DNA from: Macrostomum hystrix
Taxonomy: Eukaryota > Animalia > Platyhelminthes
Assembly: GCA_950097015.1 (NCBI GenBank)
Contig: CATNEN010000039.1
Span: forward strand, 15,314,001-15,378,000
DNA: 64,000 bases
Reading direction: 5' to 3'
Numbering within the stretch: the first letter of the stretch is position 1; every line of letters begins with the position of its first letter. Positions 13,001 through 23,033 of the stretch are shown here, one piece after another. Position numbers and translations under genes: made by a program. Below the pieces are notes generated by a model, which was not told the origin of the DNA, did no database searches, and saw nothing but the letters and a program-made list of their open reading frames with translations.

Positions 13001-14064
13001 TGCCCATTGACCTATCACTGACCAGCTTCCACTCTTTGACCCACCATTGACCTACCACTGACCTGCTTCCACTCTTTGACCCACCATTGACCTACCACTG
13101 ACCTGCTTCCACTCTTTGACCCACCATTGACCTACCACTGACCAGCTTCCACTCTTTGATGCCCATTGACCTACCAATGACCTGCTTCCACTCTTTGACC
13201 TACCCTTGACCTACCACTGACCTGCTTCCACTCTTTGACCCACCATTGACCTACCATGGCCTCCTGAGTTTTCTAATGCTTTAAGTGATTTGTATTTGTG
13301 TAAATGTTTGAGCCAGTGAGAAGGCTAACCAACCAATAATCAATAGTATAATAAAAACCGTACAGGTGTGCCTAGTTAACGATCCGCGCAATCCCTACTA
13401 TCGCCTGATGACTGTGGACATGCTCAACAACATGCAAGGCGCTAGGCGCGTTCTCTACATCAACCTGCCATCTGAAGAGCTTCGTCGCTTTGCAACCGAT
13501 GCCCTGCGAGACCGTCTGCCGGTTTGGTTCGGCTCGCATGTGAGCAAGGGCCACAGCCGAACCGCCGGACTGGCTGATCCCGGCCTGCACCGGCTGGATC
13601 TGCTGTGCGACTTGCCGCTGAACATCATGGACAAAAGAGAGCGGCTGCTGTACGGCGACTCACTCATGACCCACGCCATGCTGCTGACGGGTGGGGCGCG
13701 TTGATTGCGAGTTATTTGGGATTTCATAGATTCCATTAGTTCATAGATATAGATTTAACAGGTCACATTCTTATCACTTTGACCGGAATCTATTTTTTGT
13801 TATTTCCCGATTCCCCAAATAAATCCAGGTGTGACCCCGCCAGACCCGGCCGCTGGCAGTGTCGGCAAGTGGCGCGTTGAGAACTCCTGGAGCCAAGACT
13901 ACGGCCTCAAGGGCTACCTGACTGTCACGGACGCCTGGTTCGATGAGTTCGTCTACGAGGTCGCCATCGATCGGGCCCGTCTGACTGACCAGGTGCGAGC
14001 CGTGCTAGACCAGGAGCCAATTATGCTGCCCGCCTGGGACCCGATGGGCGCCCTGGCCCACTGA
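10075..14064 (+). CDS. BLMH: Bleomycin hydrolase (peptidase C1B); exons 10075-10545, 12197-12610, 13366-13690, 13829-14064
   Basis: Catalytic motifs QKHSGRCW (Cys), THAM (His) and WRVENSW (Asn); also DGGQWDM and C-terminal LPAWDPMGALA. Junctions in frame. Confidence 0.96.
10578..10730. repeat. Minisatellite, 23 bp unit TTCAGGACTGTCTTTCCTG(CTCC/TTCA)
   Basis: Short tandem array next to the BLMH splice donor. Confidence 0.85.
11035..11107 (-). tRNA. tRNA-Lys(UUU)
   Basis: Reverse complement GCCCGGATAGCTCAGTCGGTAGAGCATCAGACTTTTAATCTGAGGGTCCGGGGTTCGAGTCCCCGTTCGGGCG: intact cloverleaf, TTT anticodon, downstream T-run terminator. Confidence 0.97.
11510..12130. repeat. Minisatellite, 23 bp unit GGTCCTTTATGACCCTCTTCTTA
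   Basis: Tandem units in BLMH intron 1. Confidence 0.93.
12655..13255. repeat. Minisatellite, ~38-40 bp unit TTGACCTACCACTGACCTGCTTCCACTCTTTGA(CCCACCA/TGCCCA)
   Basis: Tandem units in BLMH intron 2. Confidence 0.93.
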
Positions 14065-14427
14065 GATAGCTTGTAGCCCGACATTTTGATTTCAGTAGTC
14101 TCTAGTGAGTGTGTTTAGTTAATTTCGTTTTCTTTTCAAATAAATCGCTTTCTTGTTTATTTAATTCTCGTATTGGCAATTCAACTTCGCTAATTTTCTC
14201 ATAAAGTCTTTAATTTTAGTTTCTACTGTCTGATTTTGCATTAATAACTTTATAATATTAAACAATATATTAGGATAAAATATATTCACTTTCACTTCTT
14301 CTCATTTGGTTTCCTTAGTTTACTGTTGAATTTTAATTTTAATTTACTGTGTGGTTCCAGAAAAAAACAAAATACTTTTTGTACTTTTATTTTAGCCTCT
14401 TCACTTTACGACTTTTTTATTTAAATT

Positions 14428-14730
14428 ACAGACAGACGGGAGTGAATGGCAGACAGGCGGGAGTGAATGGCAGACAGACGGGAGTGAATGGCAGGCAGAC
14501 GGGAGTGAATGACAGACAGGCGGGAGTGAATGACAGACAGGCGGGAGTGAATGGCAGACAGGCGGGAGTGAATGGCAGACAGACGGGAGTGAATGGCAGA
14601 CAGACGGGAGTGATGGCAGACAGACGGGAGTGAATGACAGACAGACGGGAGTGAATGGCAGACAGACGGGAGTGAATGGCAGGCAGACGGGAGTGAATGG
14701 CAAGCAGACGGGAGTGAATGGCTGACAGAT
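14428..14730. repeat. Minisatellite, 21 bp unit GACGGGAGTGAATGGCAGACA
   Basis: Tandem units; same family, inverted, at 24661-25520. Confidence 0.93.
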
Positions 14731-15133
14731 GGAAGAGGACGATGGACAGACAGACAGCCAAAATAAGTTGACATGCTTGGCGAAGGATCATGCCCACCTT
14801 CTGTGGTGACAAGCGGGCAGGCGCAAGCCTGGCAAAGAGGCCGAGATCCAGGAACTCTGGCCGGGACCTTCTAGCACCGTCCCAGAGGAGAATCCGCAGC
14901 CGACAGAGTGGTCCTGGACCACCCAGGACACCTCTGTAAACAACAAAACGGTGAAGCGTCATACCGCACGCGGCAGGCCCGGTCAGAAGTGCCAAAACTG
15001 ACCGGACCGGCCCGACGCGGAGCGACGCGCCCATGCCGGAAGGTGAAAAGAGGGCAAGAAGAAGAATAAGTTGATGTGCAGTCTCTCGGGATTGTTTTGC
15101 TAGCACTTAGTATTAGTATTATTTAATAATTTT

Positions 15134-15464
15134 AGTAGTAGGGGATTAGCAGAACACGGCCGCAGGAAATTCCGTGGAAATTCCATGGCATGCAATGTAG
15201 TTTCATGGAATTGGTGAGCAGTCAAGGTAAACGGTATGTATCTATATGTCTGTATATACTATCTAGCTCATATAATATATAAAATGTGTATATCCGGAAA
15301 ACATTGGGGATTTGTGAGTATAGTCCTGAATCTTGAGTCTGAAGAGATAGAGCTGTAGTATGACTTTATGCAACTCTGCCGCACTTGTACTCAGGAGACA
15401 AGCGACAATGCAAATTGATAGTAGGGGTTGGGTCTATGCTGCTGGGATGGCTGAGCCAATCAGG
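15134..15464 (+). repeat. Left terminal inverted repeat (~331 bp)
   Basis: Reverse complement of 22709-23033 apart from about 6 nt of indel and one substitution seen. Confidence 0.95.
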
Positions 15465-15807
15465 TAAGAGAGTTGTGCCCCACCTGCAGTGGAGCGCAGG
15501 CCGAGCCAGGTAAGAGATTTTATGATTCTATGGTGATATGGCTGTGGCAAGCGGGAAGGCAGACAATTAGATGTTAGGTGTTAGATAACCAATCGCGCTG
15601 CGGAGAGTGCGCCTAGTGCACACAGTGACTATGAGTTGCTGGGGGTGTGGGGGCGAAGCCCCCACATTGTTTTCCTTGTTAAAAACAACACTTTGTTCAC
15701 TGTTGAGATAAGAGAAATGGCGGGCTAGCTATCTCTTTGCATTGGGAGGAGAGGCTGGTAAATCTCCTTGTTAACTTGAGACCACCCCATGCACTACGCG
15801 TCAAGGA

Positions 15808-15816
15808 TATATAAAG
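15808..15816 (+). promoter_or_regulatory. TATA box for the rightward PC4/TBP unit
   Basis: TATATAAAG about 80 bp upstream of ATG 15890; CCAATC boxes at ~15456 and ~15589. Confidence 0.55.
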
Positions 15817-15889
15817 GGGGCACCTGATGATGAGTTGGTCATGGCATCACTCTTTTAAATTCTCATCGCTACTCATCAGATTGTTGAGC

Positions 15890-16323
15890 ATGGATCTCTG
15901 CGACGGCTTTAAAGTGCAAGTGCAAGATTATGAAGGTCATCATTTTATAGCGATTCGGCGCAATTCTATTCTAGTGAAGGAGAACTGAAGCCAGGCGTGC
16001 CCGGATTCAATCTCAACGCGTATCAATGGGAAAAACTAAAGCAAGTGAAGCAACAACTTGTGCACCGACACAAAGTCACGATCAAGCTGGGTTTTGAGAA
16101 GATCGCGATGGTCAGCCGAGGAACCATCTGGCTCAAGCGTCTTCCCGAAGATTGTACGGAAGAATACCTAAGGCGCAATTCCGTGGCCCTGTCACCCCGT
16201 CTATGGAATGAGCTATGGAAAAAAGCGAGCTGGATTGACTCGGAGCTACAAGGAAAATCACCAGAAGGTGAATATATGAGCTTAGAGCAAGCTGCAGGAA
16301 GGAACGGCCACGGACCTCCCTGA
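15890..16323 (+). pseudogene. Tandem PC4/Sub1-like ssDNA-binding protein, one frameshift near 15959
   Basis: Repaired translation MDLCDGFKVQVQDYEGHHFIAIR/QFYSSEGELKPGVPGFNLNAYQWEKLKQV matches the PC4 signature (V.V..F.G...I.IR.Y....GE.KPG.KGI.L...QW..L). A second weaker unit ends VALSPRLWNELWKKASWIDSEL. Confidence 0.75.
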
Positions 16324-16367
16324 CTGGCCCCGCGCCATCGGCCGATTGCGGGTCTTTCAGGGATTAG

Positions 16368-16880
16368 CGGAATGGGCGACCCCCGCCTCCCCGCTGTGTC
16401 CATCGGACCGCCCTGCAGATAAGTCAAGTAAGTCAAGAATATGAGCTTGGCACTCAAGACGGCAAACGTGAGGTGGACTTGAGTACCTTGAGTGCAAGAG
16501 TACTTGCACTACCTGAAAAGCTGCCAGTCTGCCAGCCCTACTCGGACTCAGTCAGGGCTGCCCATCGCTTCGTGGCTATGCTGCATCGCAGAGTGCCTGC
16601 TCAGCTGCTGCCTCATCAACCCGTTTGTGTTCGAATTAAGACAATTACTGCGCATGGACAGCTATCTGCTTGTTCTGCTCTGTATTTGTCAGACTTGTCT
16701 TTGAGAATTCCAAAGGCATTTTATCAACCTGAGTCATTTTCCGCACTGGTTTTCAAACTTAACTTTTGCAAATGCCTATTGTTTCACAATGGCTCCTTTG
16801 TTCTAAGTGGAGCTCGTTCTTTATTTCAACTACAATCTGACTTTGTGCACCTACAAAATTTGATCTCGAATGCAGAATAA
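16368..16880 (+). CDS. TATA-binding protein (TBP)-like ORF: one complete repeat plus a partly deleted first repeat; may be a pseudogene
   Basis: VRIKTITAHGQL...LYLSDLS...AFYQPESFSALVFKL..CKCLLFHNGSFVLSGARS...DFVHLQNLI matches the TBP repeat (Y.PE.F..L....LIF.SG..V.TGAKS). Upstream VDLSTLSAR and SVRAAHRFVAML resemble LDLKTIALR and SRLAARKYARV. Frame is open from 16368 with no upstream in-frame ATG. Confidence 0.75.
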   Translation, partial: RNGRPPPPRCVHRTALQISQVSQEYELGTQDGKREVDLSTLSARVLALPEKLPVCQPYSDSVRAAHRFVAMLHRRVPAQLLPHQPVCVRIKTITAHGQLSACSALYLSDLSLRIPKAFYQPESFSALVFKLNFCKCLLFHNGSFVLSGARSLFQLQSDFVHLQNLISNAE

Positions 16881-17070
16881 AACACGCACACACAAAAGCC
16901 TATCACGGTTATGTCTGCGATTGATGCTATGGATATGAAGACAAATCATGTTTTTATTTTTATTTTTACTGACATGAAAAGTTGACGTAAGCATAAAACA
17001 AAATGATTTTAGAAAAAAGATTGTACAAAAGCAAAAACAGAGAACAGGGCACCACCACCATGAAAACAAA

Positions 17071-18728
17071 TAATTTAATAATAATAATTGATTACACCTG
17101 CCCCAATCGGGCCAGATGTGCAGCCGACACTAGGCTACAACCTCTACCACTAGGCTACAACCTCTACCACTAGGCTACAACCTCTACCACTAGGCTACAA
17201 CCTCTACCACTAGGCTACAACCTCTACCACTAGGCTACAACATCTACCACTAGGCTACAACCTCTTCCACTAGGCTACAACCTCTACCACTAGGCTACAA
17301 CCTCTACCACTAGGCTACAACCTCTACCACTAGGCTACAACCTCTACCACTAGGCTACAACCTCTACCACTAGGCTACAACCTCTACCACTAGGCTACAA
17401 CCTCTACCACTAGGCTACAACCTCTACCACTAGGCTACAACCTCTACCACTAGGCTACAACCTCTACCACTAGGCTACAACCTCTACCACTAGGCTACAA
17501 CCTCTACCACTAGGCTACAACCTCTACCACTAGGCTACAACCTCTACCACTAGGCTACAACCTCTACCACTAGGCTACAACCTCTACCACTAGGCTACAA
17601 CCTCTACCACTAGGCTACAACCTCTTCCACTAGGCTACAACCTCTTCCACTAGGCTACAACCTCTACCACTAGGCTACAACATCTACCACTAGGCTACAA
17701 CCTCTACCACTAGGCTACAACATCTACCACTAGGCTACAACCTCTACCACTAGGCTACAACCTCTACCACTAGGCTACAACCTCTACCACTAGGCTACAA
17801 CCTCTACCACTAGGCTACAACCTCTACCACTAGGCTACAACCTCTACCACTAGGCTACAACCTCTACCACTAGACTACAACCTCTACCACTAGGCTACAA
17901 CCTCTACCACTAGGCTACAACCTCTACCACTAGGCTACAACCTCTACCACTAGGCTACAACCTCTACCACTAGGCTACAACCTCTACCACTAGGCTACAA
18001 CCTCTACCACTAGGCTACAACCTCTTCCACTAGGCTACAACCTCTACCACTAGGCTACAACCTCTACCACTAGGCTACAACCTCTACCACTAGGCTACAA
18101 CCTCTACCACTAGGCTACAACCTCTACCACTAGGCTACAACCTCTTCCACTAGGCTACAACCTCTACCACTAGGCTACAACCTCTACCACTAGGCTACAA
18201 CCTCTACCACTAGGCTACAACCTCTACCACTAGGCTACAACCTCTACCACTAGGCTACAACCTCTTCCACTAGGCTACAACCTCTACCACTAGGCTACAA
18301 CCTCTACCACTAGGCTACAACCTCTACCACTAGGCTACAACCTCTTCCACTAGGCTACAACCTCTACCACTAGGCTACAACCTCTACCACTAGGCTACAA
18401 CCTCTACCACTAGGCTACAACCTCTACCACTAGGCTACAACATCTACCACTAGGCTACAACCTCTTCCACTAGGCTACAACCTCTACCACTAGGCTACAA
18501 CCTCTACCACTAGGCTACAACCTCTACCACTAGGCTACAACCTCTACCACTATAGGCTACAACCTCTACCACTAGGCTACAACCTCTACCACTAGGCTAC
18601 AACCTCTACCACTAGGCTACAACCTCTACCACTAGGCTACAACCTCTACCACTAGGCTACAACCTCTACCACTAGGCTACAACCTCTACCACTAGGCTAC
18701 AACCTCTACCACTAGGCTACAACCTCTC
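17071..18728 (-). mobile_element. SINE-derived insertion: amplified tRNA head plus SINE 3' tail, flanked by TSD AAAACAAA
   Basis: The 3' tail (minus: GGCTGCACATCTGGCCCGATTGGGGCAGGTGTAATCAATTATTATT) matches the tail of the 61011-61309 SINE. TSD at 17063-17070 and 18729-18736. Confidence 0.75.
17129..18727. repeat. Minisatellite, 20 bp unit TAGGCTACAACCTCTACCAC, ~80 copies
   Basis: Highly homogeneous array; minus-strand unit is GGTTGTAGCCTAGTGGTAGA. Confidence 0.98.
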
Positions 18729-19066
18729 AAAACAAAGCATCCCAACAAAAGCAATACAAAATTAAATCGGAAATAGCATTGCGCATTTAGGGTCTGACAG
18801 CAAATATAGCTGAAATATAACTTGGAAAACAATTTAAAGAAATTTGATATAAGGTCTACGCGTGATGTTATTAAAACGCATAAAAAATAGCAACAGCTTA
18901 AAGGGGTTAACAACAAATAATATTTTCAATGTAATAAAGTCAGTCACTGAACAAATGATTCAAAGGGATTAAAAACAAAAAGGTAATTTTTAAATCGTGT
19001 CTGTCACTAAACTAACGATTCTTGTCGCAAGTTTTCTACAGTTAAGAAATTTGCGAGTTCAGATTT

Positions 19067-21100
19067 TTATTCTGCGAAAACTGGGGCACGTCTCCTCTTC
19101 CTTGACGGCTCAGCAGCAGCAGCAGCATCATCAGCAGCAACATCATGCCGAAGACGATAGTGGCCGAACGGAAGACTTTCGTTGGAACTAATCCAAGCTC
19201 GCTTATCTTCCCACGTTTTCAAAGCTCGCTTGCGCTGCTGAATAGTATAAATCTCGTGATGATGACTACCGATACGATGAGTGACAACATCATGAGTTTT
19301 GAGTGAGTCAAATGCAGCGACGTAATCCGCATGGCTAATGTCTTGCTTGAGCACTGCTTTCTGAACTCCTTTCGCAGCCTTTTTACTCGCATTAGTAACA
19401 GTGCTTTGGAAGCTGTAGAGCTTTGGTCGGAGAAGAATCCACTCATCGAATTCAATCCCGCAGGATTCGTCCTTAATGCAACCAAGCTTTGCTTTAAAAT
19501 TGTTAAACTTCAACGGGTGGTTGTCAACATAGTTATCTAGAATGCCTCGTTGAATCAGAGCAGGCAAGAAGTCTCGCAGAAGGTCGATGTTCCTAACACA
19601 TAGGAAAAATGAATCAGTATCACCGCCACAGAGCTCCAGACGCACATTTTCTTTTTCAAACCATGGTTTTAATTTGGTGAACAGTAGTGAGTACATGTAA
19701 AGCTTAGATAGGTCAAGAACACATTGGCCAATTTAGATGGGTCTTTCCAGCTTCACTGTTGTTTTACTCAACTCAAAGATGGTCAAATCTTCATTGATCA
19801 CGATTACCTCCTTCAGATTTGGCTTTGACGCAAGCATCTTCGCTTTTACTTCGTTGTTGCAAATTCGGATTGTTCTCCTTTTCCTGACATTTTCCATAGT
19901 CTTTCCAAAGACTGAATTGATCTTGAGCTTGTAGAAGAATTTCTCAAAGTCTGACGTGGATGCCATCCTTCGCTCAGTATTTTTTTAATGTAAGGGTTCC
20001 AAGATGCTTTCTTGTGAAAACTGGATAGCTCGTTTGAATTCAACTACTTTCACTCCCTGTTCCAGATAGAACTTCAACATTCTGCTATGCACAATATAGC
20101 CCTGCTTGTCATAGCAATTGGGTAGCAGCTTTCTGTTGCCCTTGTACACTCGACCGTCTGGATTGAGACTGTACCAGAGCTGCTGCATGAATTCTGCATG
20201 GGAGCTCTTCAAATTCGATTGAACACTTTTTAGGTGCCAGAGGTAGTTCGCTAGTTTGATCATGAAGTTCTGGAGGGTAATGTAAATCAACCTCAATCAG
20301 AAATGCTTCAGGTGAATCGTCCTGCTGACTTAGAATGGTAGCCTCAGTCCAGGTTCTGAGAACTTCCGGCTCGACCCATCGGAAATCCTTACAGGGTAGC
20401 GGCATAGAAAGTGCGACTCCATATAAATTATTAACATCAAGCGGAATATGTGAAGCTGATTCAACATCTGACTTGATTGTTGCTGCTTGGTGCACATCCG
20501 CCGCGCACGCCTTCTTCAAACGTCCTGTACATAGTGTTGTCAGTCAAAAGTTCAAGCTTACTTGTGGTGCTCTTCATGGCCGATGCAAACGACAATCCAG
20601 GAGTAGAAATGAAATGGACGGGATCAAGACCATCGTCCTGAATGCTTAGTCGTCTAAAATATTCAAATAAGTCTGCAAGCTGTCTGACGTCCATTTGAAG
20701 ATAGGCGAGCATGTAGTCATTCAAAGTTTCGGCTCCGAATTGTTCCAAAGCTCTTCTCGCTCGGTCATGCTGTGTCGGGGAGCACTCAGTCTTTGAGAGG
20801 GTGTTGAAGAATGCTTCCCGAGGTGGCAGCTCTCTCAACTCTAAGTCTGCAGCACTTTTAACGAACTCGTATGGAACTCGAGAGTACAGTTGCTGAGTTT
20901 CGGATAGAATTCTTTCAAGCGACCTGTGTGGGTTCGCTCGGTTGCTGGAAAATCCCTGACAAGGCAATCCAAGCTGCTGCTTAGAAACTGCAAAGAATCC
21001 AAAAATTGAATCGTCACGTAAAGTGGCACATTCTTTCCTTGAATTGTAACTGTTACAGACTCAGAATCTGAAAGCCTGCTTTGATCTATCAAATCAGACC
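19067..21100 (-). pseudogene. Protein-primed family B DNA polymerase (Polinton type), multiply frameshifted, N-terminus missing
   Basis: Ordered fragments FLDSLQFLSSSLD, LPPREAFFNTL, YLQMDV (ExoIII), DVNNLYGVALSMPLP (motif A), KLKINSVFGKTMEN (motif B), GDTDS (motif C), LRPKLY and KAAKGV, spread over at least six frame segments. Confidence 0.92.
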
Positions 21101-21104
21101 AGTT

Positions 21105-21575
21105 AGTGCCAGTTGAATCCGACAAGTCTGTGTCTGTGGACTCTGACAAATCAGTGCCTGCTGACTCCGACAAGTCTGTGTCTGTGGACTCTGACAAATC
21201 AGTACCTGCTGACTCCGACAAGTCTTTGTCTGTGGGCTCAGACAAATCAGTGCCTGCTGACTCCGACAAGTCTGTGTCTGTGGACTCTGAAAAAATAATG
21301 TGCCTGCTGACTCCGACAAATCAGTGCCTGCTGACTCCGACAAGTCTGTGTCTGTGGGCTCAGACAAATCAGTGCCTGCTGACTCCGACAAGTCTGTGTC
21401 TGTGGACTCTGACAAATCAGTACCTGCTGACTCCGACAAGTCTGTGTCTGTGGACTCTGACAAATCAGTGCCTGCTGACTCCGACAAGTCTGTGTCTGTG
21501 GACTCTGACAAATCAGTGCCTGCTGACTCCGACAAGTCTGTGTCTGTGGACTCTGACAAATCAGTGCCTGCTGAC
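21105..21575. repeat. 48 bp tandem repeat (two diverged 24-mers) abutting PolB
   Basis: Unit TCAGTGCCTGCTGACTCCGACAAGTCTGTGTCTGTGGACTCTGACAAA; the minus frame reads SESAGTDLSESTDTDL, contiguous with the PolB fragment. Confidence 0.9.
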
Positions 21576-21730
21576 TATGAAATATGAACTATGAAAGTAT
21601 TACACTTTTTAAAAAGCCCAGGAAATGGACATTTTGTGTTTCAAAATTAATTATTTTGTATGACGCTTAAAAAATAATTTTCCTTTCGAAAATATTTCGA
21701 TCAAATCGAATCCAAGAGTGAAACATGGAG

Positions 21731-21766
21731 TTGTGTGCGTTTGTGTGTGTCTGTGTGTGTGTGTGT

Positions 21767-21843
<77 letters not shown>
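21731..21843. repeat. (GT)n microsatellite
   Basis: Read directly. Confidence 0.97.
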
Positions 21844-21845
<2 letters not shown>

Positions 21846-21864
21846 AATGCATGCAGGAAAAGAG

Positions 21865-22697
21865 TTAAATGGGAGTGAGCGTAACTTTGTTACCTTCAAT
21901 CAGAACATTATAGCCAGCACCAGTTACGCATGGAAGCACAATATTCACTGTCACATTGTTAGCAGTAGCAGCTTCACTAGTCGGGCTGTTGCTGTTGTTG
22001 TCCTTGTTTGTTTCCATAGCAATCAGAGGCGGCACTTCAAAGCCCGCCAGCATCGATGGCAGTCAAAGCTGGGATCCCAAGCTGGCGGCAGCCGCCGCCA
22101 ACAGGTCGCCATGATCATTGCTAGCGTTTGGAGCAGCCAAGGCAGCAGCAGAACTAATAGTGCCAGTAGTAGCACTGGCAACAGCTTGATCACCAGTCGA
22201 AGCTGACGATGTCACATCACCAATCAGAGCGAAGACATCAGGTTCAATATCCATGGATTCACTACCATCTTCTTCATCAATCATCGGGCTGGGGGTTGAA
22301 GCGACTGCTTGCCCCTGATGACTGGTGCATGAAGTACAGCTGGCGCTACAGCTTGCATAGCAGCTTGAGTCTCTCGCCCCTCACCATTATCATCATCAGC
22401 AGCAGCATTGCTGATGTCTTTGTCGTGGCGACGACCACTAATTGGAGTCACAAAGTCCTCACTAGGGCTGGTGCTGCTGGCTCTGGATCTGATGACTCCA
22501 TTGATGACTTGACTGAGCACACTCATTCGTTGCATTGCTGCATCTTTCTCCTTCTTGCAGCGCTTTGCTGCTCCCATGACAATTCGCCGAAACGAGCGCT
22601 CAGCTTCTTCATTACCGGGGAGCAGCTGATGATTTCGATGAGCCTTGGTATTTTTTGCAGCACCTTGTTCGTTGAACACCTCCCACTCACACCTCAC
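21865..22697 (-). pseudogene. Disrupted Polinton ORF of unknown function (basic N-part, acidic/Ala-rich middle)
   Basis: Three consecutive minus-strand ORF pieces joined by a frameshift and an in-frame stop, starting just inside the right TIR. Confidence 0.45.
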
Positions 22698-22708
22698 ACC
22701 TCACCCAC

Positions 22709-23033
22709 CCTGATTGGCTCAGCCATCCCAGCAGCATAGACCCAACCCCTACTATCAATTTGCATTGTCGCTTGTCTCCTGAGTACAAGTGCGGCAGAGT
22801 TGCATAAAGTCATACTACAGCTCTATCTCTTCAGACTCAAGATTCAGGACTATACTCACAAATCCCCAATGTTTTCCGGATATACACATTTTATATATTA
22901 TATGAGCTAGATAGTATATACAGACATAGATACCGTTTACCTTGACTGCTCACCAATTCCATGAAACTACATTGCATGCCATGGAATTTCCACGGAATTT
23001 CCTGCGGCCGTGTTCTGCTAACCCCCTACTACT
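22709..23033 (-). repeat. Right terminal inverted repeat (~325 bp)
   Basis: Inverted copy of 15134-15464. Confidence 0.95.

Larger units (their letters stand above)
15134..23033. mobile_element. Polinton/Maverick-type element, internally deleted and non-autonomous
   Basis: Termini 5'-AGTAGTAGGGG...CCCCTACTACT-3'. TIRs at 15134-15464 and 22709-23033. Perfect 6-bp TSD AATTTT (15128-15133 and 23034-23039). Contains protein-primed PolB remnants. Confidence 0.93.

Noticed and set aside
14760-15106. GC-rich part of the 226 aa minus-strand ORF next to the Polinton
   Set aside because: It lies outside the TSD, half of the ORF is minisatellite, and no domain is recognisable
15824-15880. Hammerhead ribozyme (CTGATGA core)
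   Set aside because: There is no correctly placed GAAA or three-stem junction, only a loose hairpin. The same applies to CTGATGA at ~9406.
17129-18727. CRISPR-like or telomeric array
   Set aside because: The units are contiguous with no unique spacers and no cas genes, the context is eukaryotic, and the unit is not a telomeric hexamer
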